Under the pieces are notes generated by a model. That model saw only the letters and a list, made by a program, of their open reading frames with translations. It had not been told where the DNA came from and ran no database searches. 64,000 bases of DNA, from IMG/VR virus record IMGVR_UViG_3300035698_000655, positions 613-64,612 of that record; one strand, written 5' to 3'. A program made the position numbers and the translations under genes. This DNA is from a virus (lineage: Duplodnaviria > Caudoviricetes). Within the stretch, counting starts at the first letter, position 1; every line of letters begins with the position of its first letter. Shown here piece by piece: positions 35,105 through 44,588 of the stretch.

Positions 35105-36565
35105 TTATGATAAAGATCGTCTTTTGATCTCTTCATCTACATCAACTAAGGACTGCTCGGCCTCTTTCATCAGCTTCTTATACTTCTGTCTATCATCGAA
35201 GAACTTTTGTACAATTTCTGGCATATATCCTAGCTTGTTTCTTGAGAAGCATTGTCCGTTTGCAGCGACTGCATACTTACCATCAAATTCATATTTTCTC
35301 TCTAACATTCCGTCAACTGTGACATCGTACACTTCGCCTGGCACAAGAGTTTCTGGTGACATATTGTATTGCATAATGATAGAAGGATAAAGCGAAGTAG
35401 CATCAAAGCTTTCTACCCACTCATACTGGCCAGGAACAGGTTCTTGTACATATGCACCTGCGATTTGTCTACCTTGTTTTGGACTTTTCTGACCAAAAAC
35501 AACATTCTGTTCCCATAGATGATTGTATAGCAAACAGTCCCACGTTTTTACAGGAGATGCAACATCAGAATAGTTCATCTTACCATCGTATGCCATTGTT
35601 AGACAAAGTTCAATCAGCTTGAGTTTGTCTTCTAGTTGATCTACCAACACAGTATCGATGATGTTATATTCTACGAAAAGATTCCAGTCCTTCTCATAAA
35701 AGTCTTTGAATGTATCGTGGGGATTCTCTAGCTTTTTATGTCCAAGTTCTACTTCTGTGATAAAGTCCAACTTGTAAGACTCACGAGTAACATAGGTGAA
35801 CTTTTTATATAGGTCAAGATAGTCTAGTTGTGCTACACCCCAAATATCATACTTGAGAAAATCACGACTGCCCATTGTCAGAGTTTTTGCTTTGACTAAG
35901 TTAAAAGGACTAAAACCTTTCTTCATGTCTTCGCCAAACAATCTGTCTGTACGGGCGACAAGATATGGAATATCGAACAGTGCCAGATTCCAGCCAGTCA
36001 CAACATCAGGCGGATCTTGCGCCCACCAATTAATAAATTTAGTGAATAGATCCTTCTCATCTTCACACCATCTATAATCAACATTCAGATGTGCAGTATG
36101 TTCAGTGGGAGTATATTCACCGCAGCCCCATGTGATAATCTTTTTAGTGTAAGCATCTTGTATCGTAATCAGAGTGACTTGCTCTAAAGGATTAAATACG
36201 TCAGGAAATCCGTTGTCAACAGTAGTCTCGATATCTATAGAAACAACTTTGATTTTACTTTGATCCCACTGAACTTCTTCTGGGAATTTTTGAGTGAGGT
36301 ATTGATAACACCAATCTGATTGTCCGTAGATAGGAAAGTTAGAAACATCAGAATAAGTTTTTATAAACTCAGCAGCTTCTTTATTTGTATCGAATTGGAT
36401 GGGAGAAACGCTTTCTCCAAACATGGATTTGTACTTGCTAGGTTTATCAGATTTGACAAACAAAGTAGGCTGAAAGGTGTCATTGCCGATTTGGCGATTG
36501 CCTTTCTCGCTGATACCTCTGTAGAGGATTTTGTTGCCGTAGTGTTTAGCGTAAGTGTAGAACAT
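35105..36565 (-). CDS. gp43: DNA polymerase gp43 proximal part (exonuclease, motif A)
   Basis: SIDIET, TGWN..FDIPY, YNIIDT, FDATSLYPSII; ends in fingers helix RQKYKKLM...EEIKRRSLS*. Confidence 0.95.
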   Translation of the reverse strand: MFYTYAKHYGNKILYRGISEKGNRQIGNDTFQPTLFVKSDKPSKYKSMFGESVSPIQFDTNKEAAEFIKTYSDVSNFPIYGQSDWCYQYLTQKFPEEVQWDQSKIKVVSIDIETTVDNGFPDVFNPLEQVTLITIQDAYTKKIITWGCGEYTPTEHTAHLNVDYRWCEDEKDLFTKFINWWAQDPPDVVTGWNLALFDIPYLVARTDRLFGEDMKKGFSPFNLVKAKTLTMGSRDFLKYDIWGVAQLDYLDLYKKFTYVTRESYKLDFITEVELGHKKLENPHDTFKDFYEKDWNLFVEYNIIDTVLVDQLEDKLKLIELCLTMAYDGKMNYSDVASPVKTWDCLLYNHLWEQNVVFGQKSPKQGRQIAGAYVQEPVPGQYEWVESFDATSLYPSIIMQYNMSPETLVPGEVYDVTVDGMLERKYEFDGKYAVAANGQCFSRNKLGYMPEIVQKFFDDRQKYKKLMKEAEQSLVDVDEEIKRRSLS

Positions 36566-36588
36566 AGTAACTCCCAATCATTTAAACT

Positions 36589-36617
36589 ATTATAAACGAA
36601 AGGAAGCTACTTGTCAA
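36589..36617 (-). promoter_or_regulatory. sigma70-type promoter for gp43
   Basis: TTGACA-N17-TATAAT. Confidence 0.85.
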
Positions 36618-36622
36618 GTCTT

Positions 36623-38155
36623 TTATTGCCCATTAAAGTTTCTATCTAGAGTCATTCCATACGTATTTGTAGCTTTAGGCAAGTTTAGCCCGTCTTTCAA
36701 TACCAGCTTATTTTTCTTGAATGGATTATAGTTCACATGATGATGCCAGCGTCCATATCTCCAAACAACTCTAGCTACATCTGGGTGCATGTCAGCAAGC
36801 ATCTGAGACTTGTTGATAGTTCCGTCAGTGTTATATCCTTCTTCGTTGATAGCTTCAGTATTCTCAGCGTGGTAAAATTCTGCTGTATTACCACCGGCAA
36901 CTGTTTGTGTTGCCATTTTGCCTTGCATGAATGAGTTGAATTGCAGACAGACATCGCCATCTTTCATTACACGCAAACAAATATCAGTATCTTCATTATA
37001 TCTGCCACGCCACTTATGCTTGCAGTCATTTCGAATTAGCAAACAAGAATAAATTCGGGTATTTGCGACAAAAGGAGGATATGATTGATTAGGTGCAATA
37101 AAGAATCTGTATTGTGGACCTGCAATGTACACATTCTCGTATCTGTCACAGAAATCTTCCATCACACGAAAACCAGTGGAGCTTTCGAATCTGATTCTTT
37201 CATTCTGATGTAAGCGATAAAAGTCTGCTAGATTATCATCAAGTACCCAATGCCAAGTTGCACCAATACTAATTGAATGATCCCATGCCCAGTTTCTAGC
37301 ACGACCAGGGCCGTCACCATGATTTGAGAATGGAGCAACAAGAAGTGTTACATAGTCACGAATGCCGAAGGTATCGAGTGCGGCATCATAATCTTTTTCA
37401 TCTTGAGGTTCAATGATAATATAGTGTGGTATCTTCATTCTTGACAATGATCTGGATGTTATCATTGTATCTGAACGACCTTTAGATACAATGTACATCG
37501 GGTGTCGAAGTGGCTTAGCTTCTTCTTCGTCTACCCAACGTAACAACATATTCTTTGTCACATAAAGTTTTGGATACCAGATAGAGTTAGTTTTTTCTGT
37601 GATATCTTGTCCGATCTTCTTTGCGAACTCTTCATAAAACTCTTTATTCTCAAAGTGCATGTGAATAGTTCTAAAAGATGCTGCTTCTTTCTGCTCATAT
37701 TCTGGCATGTCAATCCAGTGGTCTCGCCACTTTGAATTCACATCAGCTACAACTTCGTCAACCTCAATATCAAGTTTGCTCTCAGTTGTAGTTTTCTTTT
37801 TACGGGGAATAAGAAGTGATTTGTCGATTTTAACAATGTCTTCTTCATCATCAAATAAAGAGTTTTCTGCCACAACTTTTGGATAATTGACAATATTGGT
37901 ATTATAGTCAATCATCTGTCCAATGTCTGTGCAGAAATCTGCCATGTCATCAACATTACGAAAATGAACATACAGAACTTTGTATACACCTGCCCTCTCT
38001 TCTCTCGATAATACTTTTGGAGGAAGAGGAACTGGTATTTCATCACCAAAGAATTTTTCTAGTGACATAGTATATTCATCATTTAGACGAACATCTTTTT
38101 CTAGAAAGTTGTCATAATCGGCTGATTCTTTTACATCAACTTTGTTTGTCATCAC
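36623..38155 (-). CDS. TET-associated-type (TAGT/GREB1-like) glycosyltransferase with duplicated N-terminal domain
   Basis: YIVSKGR, ARNWAWDHS, HWVLDDN, IYSCLL, WRGRYNEDTD, GGNT. Confidence 0.75.
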   Translation of the reverse strand: MMTNKVDVKESADYDNFLEKDVRLNDEYTMSLEKFFGDEIPVPLPPKVLSREERAGVYKVLYVHFRNVDDMADFCTDIGQMIDYNTNIVNYPKVVAENSLFDDEEDIVKIDKSLLIPRKKKTTTESKLDIEVDEVVADVNSKWRDHWIDMPEYEQKEAASFRTIHMHFENKEFYEEFAKKIGQDITEKTNSIWYPKLYVTKNMLLRWVDEEEAKPLRHPMYIVSKGRSDTMITSRSLSRMKIPHYIIIEPQDEKDYDAALDTFGIRDYVTLLVAPFSNHGDGPGRARNWAWDHSISIGATWHWVLDDNLADFYRLHQNERIRFESSTGFRVMEDFCDRYENVYIAGPQYRFFIAPNQSYPPFVANTRIYSCLLIRNDCKHKWRGRYNEDTDICLRVMKDGDVCLQFNSFMQGKMATQTVAGGNTAEFYHAENTEAINEEGYNTDGTINKSQMLADMHPDVARVVWRYGRWHHHVNYNPFKKNKLVLKDGLNLPKATNTYGMTLDRNFNGQ

Positions 38156-38267
38156 ATATACACCTTACAATAATAAATCTATAACCATAATATAATAAAA
38201 TCAACACAATGTCAAGTAGATAATATATAACAATCGTTCAAAAACTCTATACGCATGTAGAGAAGAT

Positions 38268-38711
38268 TTAGACGGATACGACACCCTCGGCAATAAGCCG
38301 CTGGCGATTCACCATGTGTGCTGCTTGTACATCTTCCTTCGCTTGCCCCTCGTACAACACAGCGTATCCTTCTTTGACTAGGATCTCACCTGCGAGACAG
38401 TAGCGATCTTCGGCAGCATAGTAGACCTCAAAGTCTCCTAGAATACGTCCGAACTTACCCTTCATGTCTTCGCCGTCTTTTGCTACACGAGTTTTGAGTA
38501 CAGCAGTTTTGCCTAGAAGACTTTTCAGCCTAGCACCAGCAGCTTTACCAAACTTCTTTTCTACCTTGTCACGAGTGCGTGATTCTGGTGTGTCGATGCC
38601 CATCATTCGGACTCGCTCATCTTTCAACCATATACCAAAACCAAGGTCGATGTCAACATCTACTGTGTCACCGTCCACTACTCTGCGGATTGTTGCTCTG
38701 TATTCGTACAT
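38268..38711 (-). CDS. thermonuclease (SNase-like)
   Basis: VVDGDTV, RMMGIDTPES, GKFGRILG. Confidence 0.9.
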   Translation of the reverse strand: MYEYRATIRRVVDGDTVDVDIDLGFGIWLKDERVRMMGIDTPESRTRDKVEKKFGKAAGARLKSLLGKTAVLKTRVAKDGEDMKGKFGRILGDFEVYYAAEDRYCLAGEILVKEGYAVLYEGQAKEDVQAAHMVNRQRLIAEGVVSV

Positions 38712-38833
38712 TGTGCCTCCTTCTCAAGTTCTTCTATCTTTTCTAAATACTTGCCACGAAGAAAAGTTACACTTGTTAGTGACAATATACGGTCCAAGTC
38801 TTCAACAACAACTTTTAGTGTTTCAGCGTCCAT
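38678..38833 (-). CDS. small hypothetical protein (51 aa)
   Basis: Manual translation MDAETLKVVVEDLDRILSL...; fills the intergenic gap. Confidence 0.5.
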   Translation of the reverse strand: MDAETLKVVVEDLDRILSLTSVTFLRGKYLEKIEELEKEAQCTNTEQQSAE

Positions 38834-38836
38834 AAT

Positions 38837-39178
38837 TTATCCTGTAATGATTTGTTTAGGTGCTGGTGCTGCTACTTTATCATCAGGGACAACAATGCCA
38901 CTACCGTAACGGCGATTGTATTCGTTGAGTAAATCAGTGTTTGGTGCAAACACCGAGATAACATGCATTGGCATGATTGGCACTACGTTATTTTTTGCAT
39001 ACGGTGCGTAAGGAGTAAGGCCGAGTACAAATTCATACTCATTCTCAGGCTTGGGTCGCATCATAATATAGCAGGGCTTTTCAATTTGAATCATCTTGCC
39101 GCCTTCGAGGTTTACCTCAGTGACTGCGCCAATGATATCTTCTCCTGAGGAGAGCTTTAGAATTTGTACTTCGGCCAT
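38837..39178 (-). CDS. conserved T4-like Sm-like hypothetical protein
   Basis: ILKLSSGEDII...PYAPYA...YGSGIVVP. Confidence 0.8.
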   Translation of the reverse strand: MAEVQILKLSSGEDIIGAVTEVNLEGGKMIQIEKPCYIMMRPKPENEYEFVLGLTPYAPYAKNNVVPIMPMHVISVFAPNTDLLNEYNRRYGSGIVVPDDKVAAPAPKQIITG

Positions 39179-39192
39179 AATAATATCCTATT

Positions 39193-39636
39193 TTATTTCA
39201 CTTTGATTTCTTTAGGTTTCTTCTCTTCAGGAATGATTCTGATTAGAGAGATACATAACATACCATTTTCAAAATCTGCGTCTAGGACTTCTACATCTTC
39301 TGACAAAGCAAAAGTGCGTGTGAAGTTTCTAGCTGCGATTCCTTTATGGTAATATTCATTCTTATCTTCACCACGATCTTGTACGCCTTGAACAACAAGC
39401 TTGTTGCCTTCTGGCACTACATGAATGTTGAATTCATCTTTCGTGAATCCAGCCGCAGCGATTTCAATGACGAAACGCTCTTCGTCTTGTTTGATAATGT
39501 TATAGGGAGGATAGTTATTCGATAACTCAGATACATTCTCTAAGTTATGAAACATCTTATCAAAGCCCACTGTGAATGGACGAACATTATCTAAAATTTC
39601 AGCCATGTCGGCTACGTTAAACTTTCGTGTTACCAT
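39193..39636 (-). CDS. hsp20: small heat shock protein Hsp20 (IbpA-like)
   Basis: NYPPYNI, IEIAAAGF, HKGIAARNFTRTF, ENGML. Confidence 0.95.
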   Translation of the reverse strand: MVTRKFNVADMAEILDNVRPFTVGFDKMFHNLENVSELSNNYPPYNIIKQDEERFVIEIAAAGFTKDEFNIHVVPEGNKLVVQGVQDRGEDKNEYYHKGIAARNFTRTFALSEDVEVLDADFENGMLCISLIRIIPEEKKPKEIKVK

Positions 39637-39639
39637 CTT

Positions 39640-39765
39640 TCTTCTCCAATTAAGCGAGGTTTTATTATGAGACCCTTACGGCGTCTCGGGTTGGTGCTGA
39701 TAACAAGCCCGCTGTTCCTTCTAAAAGAAAGTCGGACTACGCTGACGACTTGCCACCAGCAAAGT
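39640..39765 (-). ncRNA. structured hsp20 5' leader, ROSE-like thermometer
   Basis: 15-bp stem 39695-39761, GUAA tetraloop hairpin, CUCGCU...GGAG anti-SD; late promoter 39766-39773 and sigma70 promoter 39786-39814. Confidence 0.6.
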
Positions 39766-39779
39766 TATTTATACAAGCT

Positions 39780-40508
39780 TTAACCAGTATAACTAACTTT
39801 TTTTGTTTTGTCAATAGCTTCTATAATAATGCCACCGACATCAAACTTGTGCCATCTATGTATGGCTGCTTTCTCATGATGAAGTTTATGAAAACCTTCA
39901 CCGAATGTGAGTAGACCTAGCCATGTATCGTCATTTGCCTGTCTGTTTCTATGTGAGTAGCTAAAGACAAAGCTACCAATTAGCTTACTGAAGCCTGCAG
40001 GTGCTAAGTACGCATAAATGACAGCAAACGGGTCTATCAAAAAGAGTGCAGCAGCATATAACACAATGCTGTGCCAATAATATTTTGTTTGGTTCTTATA
40101 TGAATCTTGCTTCAACAAATCTCTGACATACTTAAATTCGATAGACGCTAATACTTGTAAGAAGTAGCATCTGAACCAGCCTTTGTAGTGTGGGCTATGA
40201 GGATCTTTTTCGGTGTCAGTAAATCTGTGATGTTCACGATGATTAGCTACCCAAACTATAGCTGGACCATAAAACGGGATACCAGCAAAGAACAATAGAA
40301 GGGATCGTATCCAATTAGGACATGCGAATGCTTTGTGGGATGCGAGGCGGTGATAACCGACTGTGACACTTATCATTATACAACAATAGACAAACAGTGT
40401 AATGGCCCATTGCCAAGCATTAGCGTTGACCATTAACACTGTCGAAAGCATTGCCACAATTTGCCCAATAAGTAACAAACATGGAAATACTTTTTTGTTG
40501 TTTAACAT
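39780..40508 (-). CDS. delta-9-type fatty acid desaturase
   Basis: His boxes HRLASH, HREHH, HKLHH; DPHSP; TM helices. Confidence 0.92.
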   Translation of the reverse strand: MLNNKKVFPCLLLIGQIVAMLSTVLMVNANAWQWAITLFVYCCIMISVTVGYHRLASHKAFACPNWIRSLLLFFAGIPFYGPAIVWVANHREHHRFTDTEKDPHSPHYKGWFRCYFLQVLASIEFKYVRDLLKQDSYKNQTKYYWHSIVLYAAALFLIDPFAVIYAYLAPAGFSKLIGSFVFSYSHRNRQANDDTWLGLLTFGEGFHKLHHEKAAIHRWHKFDVGGIIIEAIDKTKKVSYTG

Positions 40509-40512
40509 TATA

Positions 40513-40932
40513 TTATCGCTTCTTACCTATGTTGTATTTAGGTACTAGGTTCCATTCATTCTTTTCTTTGTATGAGATAATCTTAACCTGACTCATTGGA
40601 CACAGATCCAATTCACCTTCATGCAATACTTTTAGCAAGCCCCATTCTTGTAATAGGTTAGCAATAGTATTTCTTCTCTGTAAATCATTTTCACTAAAAT
40701 CTGCTGCTTTGCCGTCTAGTGCAAATAGCTCCTTGAAGTGAGTGATAAAATATCTGCCTTGCTTGTGAAGAATATGACAAGACTGATACAAAGTGTTATC
40801 TTTTTTAGAAGCTACTCCGATTCTAGAAAGTGTCTCTTTTATTTTTAAAAAATTTTCTGGATCTTCAAGCTTGATTTCTAGTGGATGGTATCCTGGGTAA
40901 TCAATATTAAAGAAATTATGTTGGTCATTCAT
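40513..40932 (-). CDS. regA: translational repressor RegA
   Basis: FLKIKETLSRIG, LYQSCHILHKQGRYFITHFKELF. Confidence 0.96.
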   Translation of the reverse strand: MNDQHNFFNIDYPGYHPLEIKLEDPENFLKIKETLSRIGVASKKDNTLYQSCHILHKQGRYFITHFKELFALDGKAADFSENDLQRRNTIANLLQEWGLLKVLHEGELDLCPMSQVKIISYKEKNEWNLVPKYNIGKKR

Positions 40933-40996
40933 TTCAATCTACCTGTTATTATTATATTTTGAGGCGTTCCTCACATCATAACAAGTATTTATACTA

Positions 40997-41452
40997 TTAG
41001 TTTCTTCCACCCTCTCGTGTGGCCAGTTTATGTTTTATCGTACTGATGTTGTCACTAGATAATAATTTTAATGCTTCTTTTGCTTTGATAAAACTATAGC
41101 CAAAGTACTTCTGAATAGCTTCTATATCAGACTCTTCAGCTTTTATCCATTTGTTGTATCGTTTGCCTTTTCGGACAACAGAACGCAGAAACTCATATTG
41201 CATTTTACTGTCAATATGAGGTCTGCTGTTCATTTCGTTTGCAGCAATTGCTGTATCAGAGGCAAAGCCCAATGCACGATTTATCATGAATGCATTGTAC
41301 TGTGACTCAGTAGCTTCATCAACTATCAAATCTTTTTTTGTGTCATTAATGCTACTCGCAAAATCAAACGGACTGATTTTAGTTAATTTTTCCACATAAT
41401 CTTTTTCAGAAATTTCAACTACAGGTGGTCCTAGTTCTTCAAGAAAACTCAT
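40997..41452 (-). CDS. gp62: clamp loader small subunit gp62
   Basis: YNAFMINRAL, NEMN, QYEFL..VRKGKRY; position after gp44. Confidence 0.9.
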   Translation of the reverse strand: MSFLEELGPPVVEISEKDYVEKLTKISPFDFASSINDTKKDLIVDEATESQYNAFMINRALGFASDTAIAANEMNSRPHIDSKMQYEFLRSVVRKGKRYNKWIKAEESDIEAIQKYFGYSFIKAKEALKLLSSDNISTIKHKLATREGGRN

Positions 41453-41676
41453 AATTTAATCGCCAACAGTAAAAGTATTGCTATTAACAACACATTAGTC
41501 ATAAAAATACCTATAGCTAAAATCGTATGGTACCATATCCATCTTGTTTTGTATGCATTCTCTACCGTTACCTCAGTAGGATCAACATCATCTTGCATCA
41601 TGTCGATGACAATTGTTTCTTTTTTAATCTCAATTGATTCTGGCTTCTTCCAGAATTTAATTAACCAGTCTTTCAT
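41449..41676 (-). CDS. small membrane protein
   Basis: NAYKTRWIWYHTILA plus TM. Confidence 0.7.
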   Translation of the reverse strand: MKDWLIKFWKKPESIEIKKETIVIDMMQDDVDPTEVTVENAYKTRWIWYHTILAIGIFMTNVLLIAILLLLAIKL

Positions 41677-41688
41677 TATAATCTAAAT

Positions 41689-41904
41689 CTATTCCCAAAC
41701 GGTTTTTGTTCTGCTGCCAATTCTAAGTATGCAGCAAATGTCATCGGGTGAAAACTCTATTAATGAGTTATCGTCATCGCAATGTTCCCATTCGATATGT
41801 CCGTCTGGTGCTTTCTGTAAATCTTTCACCCACATCTCATGTTCGTACCCACTTCTGAATACAAGTTTAAGTTTTATATGTGTTTCGTTTTTAGGCCATT
41901 TCAT
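41689..41904 (-). CDS. hypothetical protein
   Basis: 71-aa ORF, ATGA overlap with gp44. Confidence 0.65.
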   Translation of the reverse strand: MKWPKNETHIKLKLVFRSGYEHEMWVKDLQKAPDGHIEWEHCDDDNSLIEFSPDDICCILRIGSRTKTVWE

Positions 41905-42839
41905 TTAAATTGGATACTCGCCATTATTTCCGTTAAACAAGCAGTGAGATTTATTTCCTGATCAGCTACGAATGCTGCCTTATATTGGTAGTCTGCTATT
42001 AGCAAGACCATTTGAGGCACTGTAGTAATTTCTGGTAATAAACTATCAAATATAAATCTAAATATACCCTGAGGATCACTGTCAACATTGTTTGCAACCC
42101 ACTGACGCATCTTCTTCCAATCCTTATCTTTCAAAGAATTGATAAGTTCTTTAGTATTTATATCTGAAATATTGCTAAGAATGCCTTCATCGATGGTGCC
42201 TGCAGAACTGTATCTCTGAAGCTCATTAATAACTCGGCGATAGTCTGGAAAGTATTTCATCAAAAGTTCTGCTAGAACAGGGTCTTTGTATGTAACACCT
42301 TCAGCATCTAGGATGCCTTGCATGCGCTTCATAAATTTTGTAGCGAGTGCTGCTTTGTCTTTCTTATCAGACTTAAACTCGATTACAGTAGTTCTACTGT
42401 GTAGAGGAGAGATGATACGGTTCTTATAATTACATGTGAAGATGAACCGACAATTCTCTGAGAAGTTTTCAATGAACGCACGAAGCGCAGGCTGTACACT
42501 GTCTTTGTTTAGATAGTCAGCCTCGTCAATGATGACAACTTTTGTTTTGTTCTCGAAACTAAACGCACTCGCAAACTGTTTAATCTTAGTTCGCAGCGTA
42601 TCTATTTGACGACCTTCGTCAGAGCCATTGATCACGATATAGTCACAACCTAGCTCTTCACACAAGGCTCGTGCAACTGTAGTCTTGCCTGTGCCAGCAG
42701 TGCCACAAAGGAGAAGATTAGGAACTTCTCCTTGTTTCAAAAACTTTTTGAATGTAGACTTCGTAGCTTCAGGTAGAACACAGTCATCGATTGTTTTAGG
42801 GCGATACTTTTCTACCCAGAGAAAATGATCTTGACTCAT
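41901..42839 (-). CDS. gp44: clamp loader large subunit gp44
   Basis: LWVEKYRP, GTAGTGKT, IIDEAD, PLHSR. Confidence 0.96.
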   Translation of the reverse strand: MSQDHFLWVEKYRPKTIDDCVLPEATKSTFKKFLKQGEVPNLLLCGTAGTGKTTVARALCEELGCDYIVINGSDEGRQIDTLRTKIKQFASAFSFENKTKVVIIDEADYLNKDSVQPALRAFIENFSENCRFIFTCNYKNRIISPLHSRTTVIEFKSDKKDKAALATKFMKRMQGILDAEGVTYKDPVLAELLMKYFPDYRRVINELQRYSSAGTIDEGILSNISDINTKELINSLKDKDWKKMRQWVANNVDSDPQGIFRFIFDSLLPEITTVPQMVLLIADYQYKAAFVADQEINLTACLTEIMASIQFK

Positions 42840-42868
42840 ACTTCACACCTTTCATAATATAATTTAAA

Positions 42869-43051
42869 CTAAGTTCCAAACTGTTCTTTCGTTTTAGTGT
42901 CATCACTAAAATTTACTTCAATGTGCCTGCCCGTCTGGCTGCTTGGAACAAAAACGGGATCACAAGTACAGTGAGATGTGAACCCGCCCTTACGAAGCAT
43001 AGTAGTTGTGTTTCCGCATGTTGGACATGTGAACACAGTTTCTTTACTCAT
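42869..43051 (-). CDS. small zinc-ribbon protein
   Basis: MSKETVFTCPTCG...HCTC. Confidence 0.55.
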   Translation of the reverse strand: MSKETVFTCPTCGNTTTMLRKGGFTSHCTCDPVFVPSSQTGRHIEVNFSDDTKTKEQFGT

Positions 43052-43220
43052 TGTTTTCTCCAAAAATAGGTACTTCACCTGTCATCACCTTCTTTGCGAA
43101 ACTGATAGCAGGGCCAGGGCGAGAGTAGATATATTCTACCGTCTCGCCAAACTTGTTGAACTCAACGACCCAGCCATTAGTAGCTTCACGGATCTGAATT
43201 TCTAATCGATCTTCGTTCAT
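43044..43220 (-). CDS. small hypothetical protein (58 aa)
   Basis: Manual translation MNEDRLEIQIREATNGWVV...GENNE*; TAATG coupling with gp45. Confidence 0.7.
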   Translation of the reverse strand: MNEDRLEIQIREATNGWVVEFNKFGETVEYIYSRPGPAISFAKKVMTGEVPIFGENNE

Positions 43221-43879
43221 TACGAAATCTCCGATGTTTTATCAAGAGCTAACCAGTACTTAACATCAGTTTTGGTGTTTACCAAATGCATGAACTTCTT
43301 CGCTGAAATAGTTACCTTGTAATCACCAGGCAAGACTTTAAGATTCTCTATCTGAAGATGTGCCTTGAAGACCTTGTCGGTATCAGTGACCGTTTGCTTG
43401 AAGCTATTGCTCTTTGGCGTTGCAGGATCACCTACTGTCAATGTAACATTTGTTCCATCACCAATAATACTCAACATAGGAGCTGCATTTATTCCAGCTG
43501 CCTTCTGAATCATGTTCAAGTCATCAGCTAACAAATCAAAAGTAAAAAACTCATCGACTTCAATTTGCTTATCAGGTGCACCCACAATAATCTCAGGATC
43601 AGCGTAGTAGTATTCAAACGTGCTACGACCTTTAGTCATTGTGATAGACTCTGCACCAAAATCTACCTCAGTATCATCGAGTAACGTCAATAGACCAAGC
43701 AGACTATTGAGGTCGTAGATTGCAAATTCACGGTCAAAGTTTTCTTCGACAGTTGCACGAGCAAAAATGTTCTTGCCTGCGCTGATGGTAGAGAGCGTGT
43801 TGCCTTGGCGAACAAGAAGATTCGTGTTCACCGAAGCAAAGTTTTTAAGAACCGATAGTGTATCGTTACTAATTTTCAT
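43220..43879 (-). CDS. gp45: sliding clamp gp45
   Basis: MKISNDTLSVLKNFASVN, FAIYDL, ENLKVLPGDY, YWLAL. Confidence 0.95.
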   Translation of the reverse strand: MKISNDTLSVLKNFASVNTNLLVRQGNTLSTISAGKNIFARATVEENFDREFAIYDLNSLLGLLTLLDDTEVDFGAESITMTKGRSTFEYYYADPEIIVGAPDKQIEVDEFFTFDLLADDLNMIQKAAGINAAPMLSIIGDGTNVTLTVGDPATPKSNSFKQTVTDTDKVFKAHLQIENLKVLPGDYKVTISAKKFMHLVNTKTDVKYWLALDKTSEIS

Positions 43880-43911
43880 TATAAATTACCTCAATTGTTT
43901 ATTGTCTATAC

Positions 43912-43940
43912 AGTATACAGACATCATAATATAAAGTCAA
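43912..43940 (-). promoter_or_regulatory. sigma70-type promoter for gp45
   Basis: TTGACT-N17-TATACT. Confidence 0.7.
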
Positions 43941-43944
43941 GCGT

Positions 43945-44241
43945 TTATGTATTTTCTATAATGTCCAGTGAAACAGTAATGTCTGCTTGTTGAGCATTGT
44001 ATATAATACCAGCAGCTTCCCATATTGGCTGACCTTCAGTGTAGAATGGTGTGTATGCCTCCATACTTTCTGCTGCCTGTCTTCTGACCCAAGTTAGGTT
44101 ATCTTCTGAGAAGGTATCTGTAGAAGATACATTATGAGTTTCCCTGAGAGCCTGGATTTGAGTTTGCTGATCTACTGAAAATTCTGGCCAAGCAACATCT
44201 GTACTTGGTCTAACAAAAGTATATTCTATTGCGAATGCCAT
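43945..44241 (-). CDS. late hypothetical protein
   Basis: RPSTDVAW motif; SD AGGAG; late promoter 44289-44296. Confidence 0.7.
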   Translation of the reverse strand: MAFAIEYTFVRPSTDVAWPEFSVDQQTQIQALRETHNVSSTDTFSEDNLTWVRRQAAESMEAYTPFYTEGQPIWEAAGIIYNAQQADITVSLDIIENT

Positions 44242-44297
44242 TTTTTTATCTCCTAATGTTTCGTGATTCGAAACTGTAAACAGTCTACTATTTATAA

Positions 44298-44588
44298 CTA
44301 TTTATCAGTAGAGTGTATTCTATCGTGTTCGTACAGTGCTAGAAAGGCATAGTGAATAACTTTCATAACATCCTTGCGATGATCAGACGCTTCACCTTTC
44401 TTACCATAACGAGCATTGTATTTATCAACATTACCTAGAAAGAATCCTAGTCCATGACCTCGATCAACGATAACCTCAGCGGACTGAAGTCCGCCTTGGC
44501 CGTAGTGACCTTTGTATGTGGAATCGATGTAGTCACTAAACTCCTTAATGAGTTCATCTTCACGGAACTTGTAAACTTTCTTGCTCAT
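44298..44588 (-). CDS. DUF3310-like nucleotide-modification-associated protein
   Basis: YIDSTYKGHY...GFFLGNVDKY..RYGKK...D..K. Confidence 0.7.
   Translation of the reverse strand: MSKKVYKFREDELIKEFSDYIDSTYKGHYGQGGLQSAEVIVDRGHGLGFFLGNVDKYNARYGKKGEASDHRKDVMKVIHYAFLALYEHDRIHSTDK

Noticed and set aside
39695-39761. tRNA gene
   Set aside because: No T-loop GTTCRA or cloverleaf; no tRNA or rRNA recognised in the window by eye
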